From positions 960,001-1,024,000 of the forward strand of contig CBDATQ010000001.1 in assembly GCA_965199955.1 (NCBI GenBank): a DNA stretch of 64,000 nucleotides, read 5' to 3'. Under the pieces are notes generated by a model. That model was not told where the DNA came from and did not search any database. It worked only from the letters and a program-made list of their open reading frames with translations. A program made the position numbers and the translations under genes. Below, piece by piece: positions 60,251 to 64,000 of this stretch. Source of the DNA: Spirochaetia bacterium (lineage in GTDB: Bacteria > Spirochaetota > Spirochaetia > SZUA-6 > Bin103). How positions within the stretch are numbered: position 1 is the stretch's first letter; each line of letters opens with the position of its first letter.

Positions 60251-61632
60251 CCTCGGCTCCGCGGATCGACCGCGTCGCGCAGGCCGTCGCCGACGAAGTT
60301 CCACGCCATGATGGCAAGGAATATGAAGATGCCCGGCACCAGGATCCACGGGAAGTCCTGGAAGATCCGGTAGCCGCGCGACACCGACAGCATCAGCCCC
60401 CAGCTCGACTGCGGCTCCGTGATGCCCAGCCCCAGGAAGCTCAGGGTCGACTCGCCCAGGATGAAGCCGGGGATGGTCAGCGTGACGTGCACGATCACGT
60501 AGGAGAGCGTGTTCGGCAGCACGTGCCGGCGGATGATCTTGAACGGACCCAAGCCGAGCGCGCGGGCGGCCAGCACGTAGTCCTCCGAGCGCAGGGAGAG
60601 CACCATGCCGCGCACGATGCGCGCCAGGCCGCCCCAGATGACGAAGGAGACGATCAGGATGATCAGAAAGTAGACCTGCACGCTATGGAGCGTCGGCGGG
60701 AAGGTGCCGCGCAGCGCCAGCAGCAGGTAGAACGCGGGGAAGGCCAGCAGCACCTCCGTGAAGCGCATCAGCAGGTTGTCGATCACGCCGCCGAAGTAGC
60801 CGGCGGCGCCGCCGATCAACAGGCCGATCACCAGCGTGATGGTCGCGCCGACCAGCCCGACGGTGAGGGACACGCGCGCGCCGTGCAGCAGCCGCGACAA
60901 GAGGTCGCGGCCGGCATGGTCGGTGCCGAGCGGGAAGAAGCCTCCGGTGGGCGAGGTGAGCAGGTGCCAGCGCGCCGTGAACGTCCCCAGGAACCGGTAC
61001 GGCACGCCGCGCGCGAAGAAGCCCACGAAGTTCTTGTTGCCCTTGGCGACGATCAGCTCCGCGACCGGCGTCGCCGGAAGCCCCAGGTCGAGCCGCACGG
61101 TGCGGTGCAGGTCGCGGCTCGGGTCGCGCTCGACCTGCGCGATCAGCGACCGCAGCTCGGCCAGCGCCGGGTGGTCTGTGCGCAGCCCGTATTGCCGCCG
61201 GAACGCCGCGACCGCCGTGCTCGCGCGCGCGGCAGCCGAGTCCTGCATGGCCACGGCGCGCAGGTCACCGCGGCCGGCGACCGTCTCCTGCGAGATCACG
61301 CGGAGGGTGTGGCGCGGCACGCGGCCGTAGGTGCGCAGCGCCTGATTGACGATGTGCATCTCGAAGACGAACGGCCGCACCACCACGTTGCCGCCGTCGA
61401 GGTAGCTGAAGTGGATGCGGGTCGGCGGCTGGTAGGACTTGGTCTTGTCCGTCCAGCGCATCGTCGCCGGCGCCAGGGGGTCGGCCAGCAGCGCCATGGC
61501 GTACAGGACGACCAGCGTCACGGCGCCGATCTTGCCCAGCGTGTGCTTGCGGAACTTCCTGGCGAAACCGCCGAGCAGCGACTCGACCGCTTCGTCGACC
61601 GCGCCGGCGCTCGCCGTGACCGGAGTGCTCAT
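60247..61632 (-). CDS. peptide ABC transporter permease (OppC-like)
   Basis: LGTDHAGRD, EDYVLAARALG, ESTLSFLGLG, GDGLRDAVDPR. Confidence 0.9.
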   Translation of the reverse strand: MSTPVTASAGAVDEAVESLLGGFARKFRKHTLGKIGAVTLVVLYAMALLADPLAPATMRWTDKTKSYQPPTRIHFSYLDGGNVVVRPFVFEMHIVNQALRTYGRVPRHTLRVISQETVAGRGDLRAVAMQDSAAARASTAVAAFRRQYGLRTDHPALAELRSLIAQVERDPSRDLHRTVRLDLGLPATPVAELIVAKGNKNFVGFFARGVPYRFLGTFTARWHLLTSPTGGFFPLGTDHAGRDLLSRLLHGARVSLTVGLVGATITLVIGLLIGGAAGYFGGVIDNLLMRFTEVLLAFPAFYLLLALRGTFPPTLHSVQVYFLIILIVSFVIWGGLARIVRGMVLSLRSEDYVLAARALGLGPFKIIRRHVLPNTLSYVIVHVTLTIPGFILGESTLSFLGLGITEPQSSWGLMLSVSRGYRIFQDFPWILVPGIFIFLAIMAWNFVGDGLRDAVDPRSRG

Positions 61633-62609
61633 GTCACGCGGATCCGGGGATCGGTGATCGCCAGCAGGATGTCGGCCACCAAGTTGCCGACCATCAGCAG
61701 GATCACGCCGTAGATCAGGCTGCCGGACACCAGGTACGGGTCCTGGTTGAGGAGCGCCGACAGGATCAGCTTGCCCAGGCCGGGCCAGCCGGTAACGATC
61801 TCGACCAGCGCCGAGCCGCCCAGGATGTCGCCTATGCTGAAGCCCAGCAGGGTGATCATCGGATTGACCGCGTTGCGCAGCGCGTGCTTGAGGATCACCA
61901 CCCGCTCCGCCAGCCCCTTGGCCCGCGCGGTGGTGATGTACTGCTGGCCCAGCACCTCCAGCATGTTGGCGCGCATGATGCGCGTCAGCGACGCCGTGAT
62001 CGCCGTGGAGATCACCAGCGCCGGCACCACCAGGTGCTTGGCCAGGTCCCACATCTTCCCCAAGGTGGAGAGCTGGTCGTGGTCGATCGACGTCATGCCC
62101 CCGATCGGCAGCCAGCTCCCGGTGGCCGAGATCACGTACAGCAGCAGGGCGGCCAGGAAGAAATTCGGGATCGACAGGCCGAAGAAGGCGAGCACCGCGA
62201 TCGACTGGTCCTGCCACCGGTACTGGTGCGCGGCGGCGATGATGCCGGCAGGGATCGAGAACCCCCATGCCAGGAGCAGCGACACCACCGACAGCAGCAG
62301 CGTGTTGGCAGCGCGCTGCTTGACCAGCACGAACACCGGCGCCTTGAAGGTCTGCGAGAAGCCGAAGTCGCCCTGCACGGCGTTCCACAGGTAGCGCCCG
62401 AACTGGACGTACCACGGCTGGTCCAGGCCGAAGTTGGCACGGAACCGCTCCAGGTCCTCGGCGCGGATGTCGGGGTTGAGTGCGTACTCGCTGTAGACGT
62501 CCCCGGGCGCGAGCTGGATCAGCCAGAAGGCGACGGCCAGCGTGATCAGCAGGATCGGTACGGCGTTCATCAGCCGCCGGCCGACGACGCGCAACAGCGA
62601 CAGGCTCAT
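61629..62609 (-). CDS. peptide ABC transporter permease (OppB-like)
   Basis: APGD, GLDQP, TARAKGL, HALRNA, DPRI. Confidence 0.9.
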   Translation of the reverse strand: MSLSLLRVVGRRLMNAVPILLITLAVAFWLIQLAPGDVYSEYALNPDIRAEDLERFRANFGLDQPWYVQFGRYLWNAVQGDFGFSQTFKAPVFVLVKQRAANTLLLSVVSLLLAWGFSIPAGIIAAAHQYRWQDQSIAVLAFFGLSIPNFFLAALLLYVISATGSWLPIGGMTSIDHDQLSTLGKMWDLAKHLVVPALVISTAITASLTRIMRANMLEVLGQQYITTARAKGLAERVVILKHALRNAVNPMITLLGFSIGDILGGSALVEIVTGWPGLGKLILSALLNQDPYLVSGSLIYGVILLMVGNLVADILLAITDPRIRVT

Positions 62610-62699
62610 GGGCTGCGGATCCCTACCGTGGACGCATGAGGAGGTGCTCCGTGATCGAAATCACATCTCTCATCGAATCAGGTCCCTGATGGAAAGGAA

Positions 62700-62731
62700 G
62701 AGCCCGGGACGTTCGTGCTCGTCCCGGGCTC
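62700..62731 (-). terminator. stem-loop between the binding-protein and permease genes
   Basis: GAGCCCGGGACG-8nt-CGTCCCGGGCTC (12-bp stem), followed on the minus strand by ttcctttcc. Confidence 0.65.
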
Positions 62732-62747
62732 CTGTGCCATCGTCCGG

Positions 62748-64000
62748 CTACTTCACGAAGAGCCGATCGGCGGTACCACGAATGCCGTAGCCGTTCAGCG
62801 GGTGCGTCTTGATGTTGCCGAACGTGTTGCGGAAGGCGTGCATCGTCGCCGGGGCGAAGGTGTAGGCCCACGGGACCTCGTCGATCCAGAGCTCCTGGAG
62901 CTTGCGGAATCCGCGGATGCGCTGCTCCTCGTCCGTGGTCAGGTTGGCCTCGTCCCAGGCGGCGTCCACTGCCGCCTCCCAGTCGCGGCGCGGCGCCTCC
63001 TGGTTGGGCTCGATCATGTGCAGGGAGCCGCGCGACGGGTACACGTTGGCGCCCGACACCGGGTCGACCGAGCCGGTCAGGCCGATCAGGATCATGTGCC
63101 AGTCGTAGGAGGCGACCAGCCGGTTGACCAGCTCGTTGAACGCCTCCGGCTTGAAGGTGACGTCGATGCCGGCGGCCTGCGCCTCCTGGGTGAACAGCTC
63201 GCCGATCTGCTCGCGTACCGTGTTGCCGGAGTTGGTGTTGAGGATCAGCTCGATCTTGTTGCCGTCCGGGTCCTCGCGGAAGCCGTCGCCGTCACGGTCG
63301 GTGTAGCCGATCGAGTCGAGCAGCTCCTTGGCGCGCTCCGGGTCGTACTTGAGGGCCGCGTCCGGCGCGCCTTCCCAGTAGTAGGGCGAGACCGTCCAGA
63401 CGAACGAATACTGCGGGTAGCCGAAGCCGAAGGCGATGTTGTTGATGATCGTCTCGCGATCGATCAGGTGCGCCATCGCCTGCCGGAAGCTCTTGTTGGA
63501 CAGCCAGGTGAGCGCTGGCGGCTCGATGCCGCCGTCCTCCTCGCCCTCGATCGGATTCTGGTTGAAGGTGATGAACTGGGTGCTGGAGGCGGGACCCACG
63601 TTGTAGATCAGGAAGTTGTCGGATTCCTGCCGCTCGGCCAGGACCCCGTAGTCCTCGCCGCGCAATCCCCAGGCGTCGGTCTCGCCGGCGATGAAGCGGG
63701 CCAGGCCGGTGTCGAGGTCCTCGACGAACTCGATCACGAACTCGTCCAGGTACGGGAGCTGCTGGCCCCACTCGTCCTTCTCGTAGTAGTTGGGGTTGGG
63801 CGTCATCACCACCCGCTGGCTGGGCAGGTACTCGCTGATCAGGAACGGGCCGTTGCCGACGATCGTGCTCACGTCGGTGTCGACCCCCCAGAAGGAGTTG
63901 ACCGCTGCGGCGCCTTCCGCCTCGATCAGCGGCTCGAAGATGTGACGCGGCATCGGCCCGATCGAGGCGATGTCGAAGATGCCGGCGTACACCGACGGCA
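62748..64000 (-). CDS. peptide ABC transporter substrate-binding protein (family 5), runs off window end
   Basis: VGNGPF, NPNYY, FRQAMAHLIDR, YDPERAKELLD, DRDGDGFREDPDG. Confidence 0.9.
   Translation of the reverse strand, partial: PSVYAGIFDIASIGPMPRHIFEPLIEAEGAAAVNSFWGVDTDVSTIVGNGPFLISEYLPSQRVVMTPNPNYYEKDEWGQQLPYLDEFVIEFVEDLDTGLARFIAGETDAWGLRGEDYGVLAERQESDNFLIYNVGPASSTQFITFNQNPIEGEEDGGIEPPALTWLSNKSFRQAMAHLIDRETIINNIAFGFGYPQYSFVWTVSPYYWEGAPDAALKYDPERAKELLDSIGYTDRDGDGFREDPDGNKIELILNTNSGNTVREQIGELFTQEAQAAGIDVTFKPEAFNELVNRLVASYDWHMILIGLTGSVDPVSGANVYPSRGSLHMIEPNQEAPRRDWEAAVDAAWDEANLTTDEEQRIRGFRKLQELWIDEVPWAYTFAPATMHAFRNTFGNIKTHPLNGYGIRGTADRLFVK

Overview
High-GC (roughly 70% by eye) bacterial chromosome segment with about 60 genes; no rRNA, tRNA, CRISPR array, intact transposase or prophage seen. 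The gene mix (LolA-like/FtsX/beta-barrel cassette, several PhyH dioxygenases, Uma2 and HNH remnants, type II TA pairs) resembles high-GC diderm host-associated MAGs such as Spirochaetaceae; this is inference only. Main blocks: (1) sugar ABC permease, beta-propeller glycosidases, GH42-like enzyme, MetE-II; (2) acpS plus an adenylation-ACP-acyltransferase fusion; (3) ABC-FtsX-FtsX-LolA-like-beta-barrel cassette, then hicAB bracketed by a 40-bp imperfect repeat; (4) addBA; (5) decayed Uma2, HNH and McrBC fragments; (6) three PhyH dioxygenases, VKOR-DsbA fusion, two VapC TA pairs; (7) Ku - ligase-only ATP-dependent ligase - MerR-HTH/TPR operon; (8) internally duplicated UxaA-family dehydratase; (9) six-gene corrinoid methyl-transfer cluster; (10) ptsP-hpf; (11) hydroxyacid dehydrogenases, aldolase, M20 hydrolase and a peptide ABC transporter. 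Best candidates for an undescribed system: the three-gene NHEJ operon, whose third protein carries a beta-clamp-like motif (QLLLDF) and an SSB-like C-terminal tip (DIPF), and the corrinoid methyl-transfer cluster. Many first-in-operon genes have a TAnnnT box 5-9 nt before the start codon, suggesting leaderless mRNAs.
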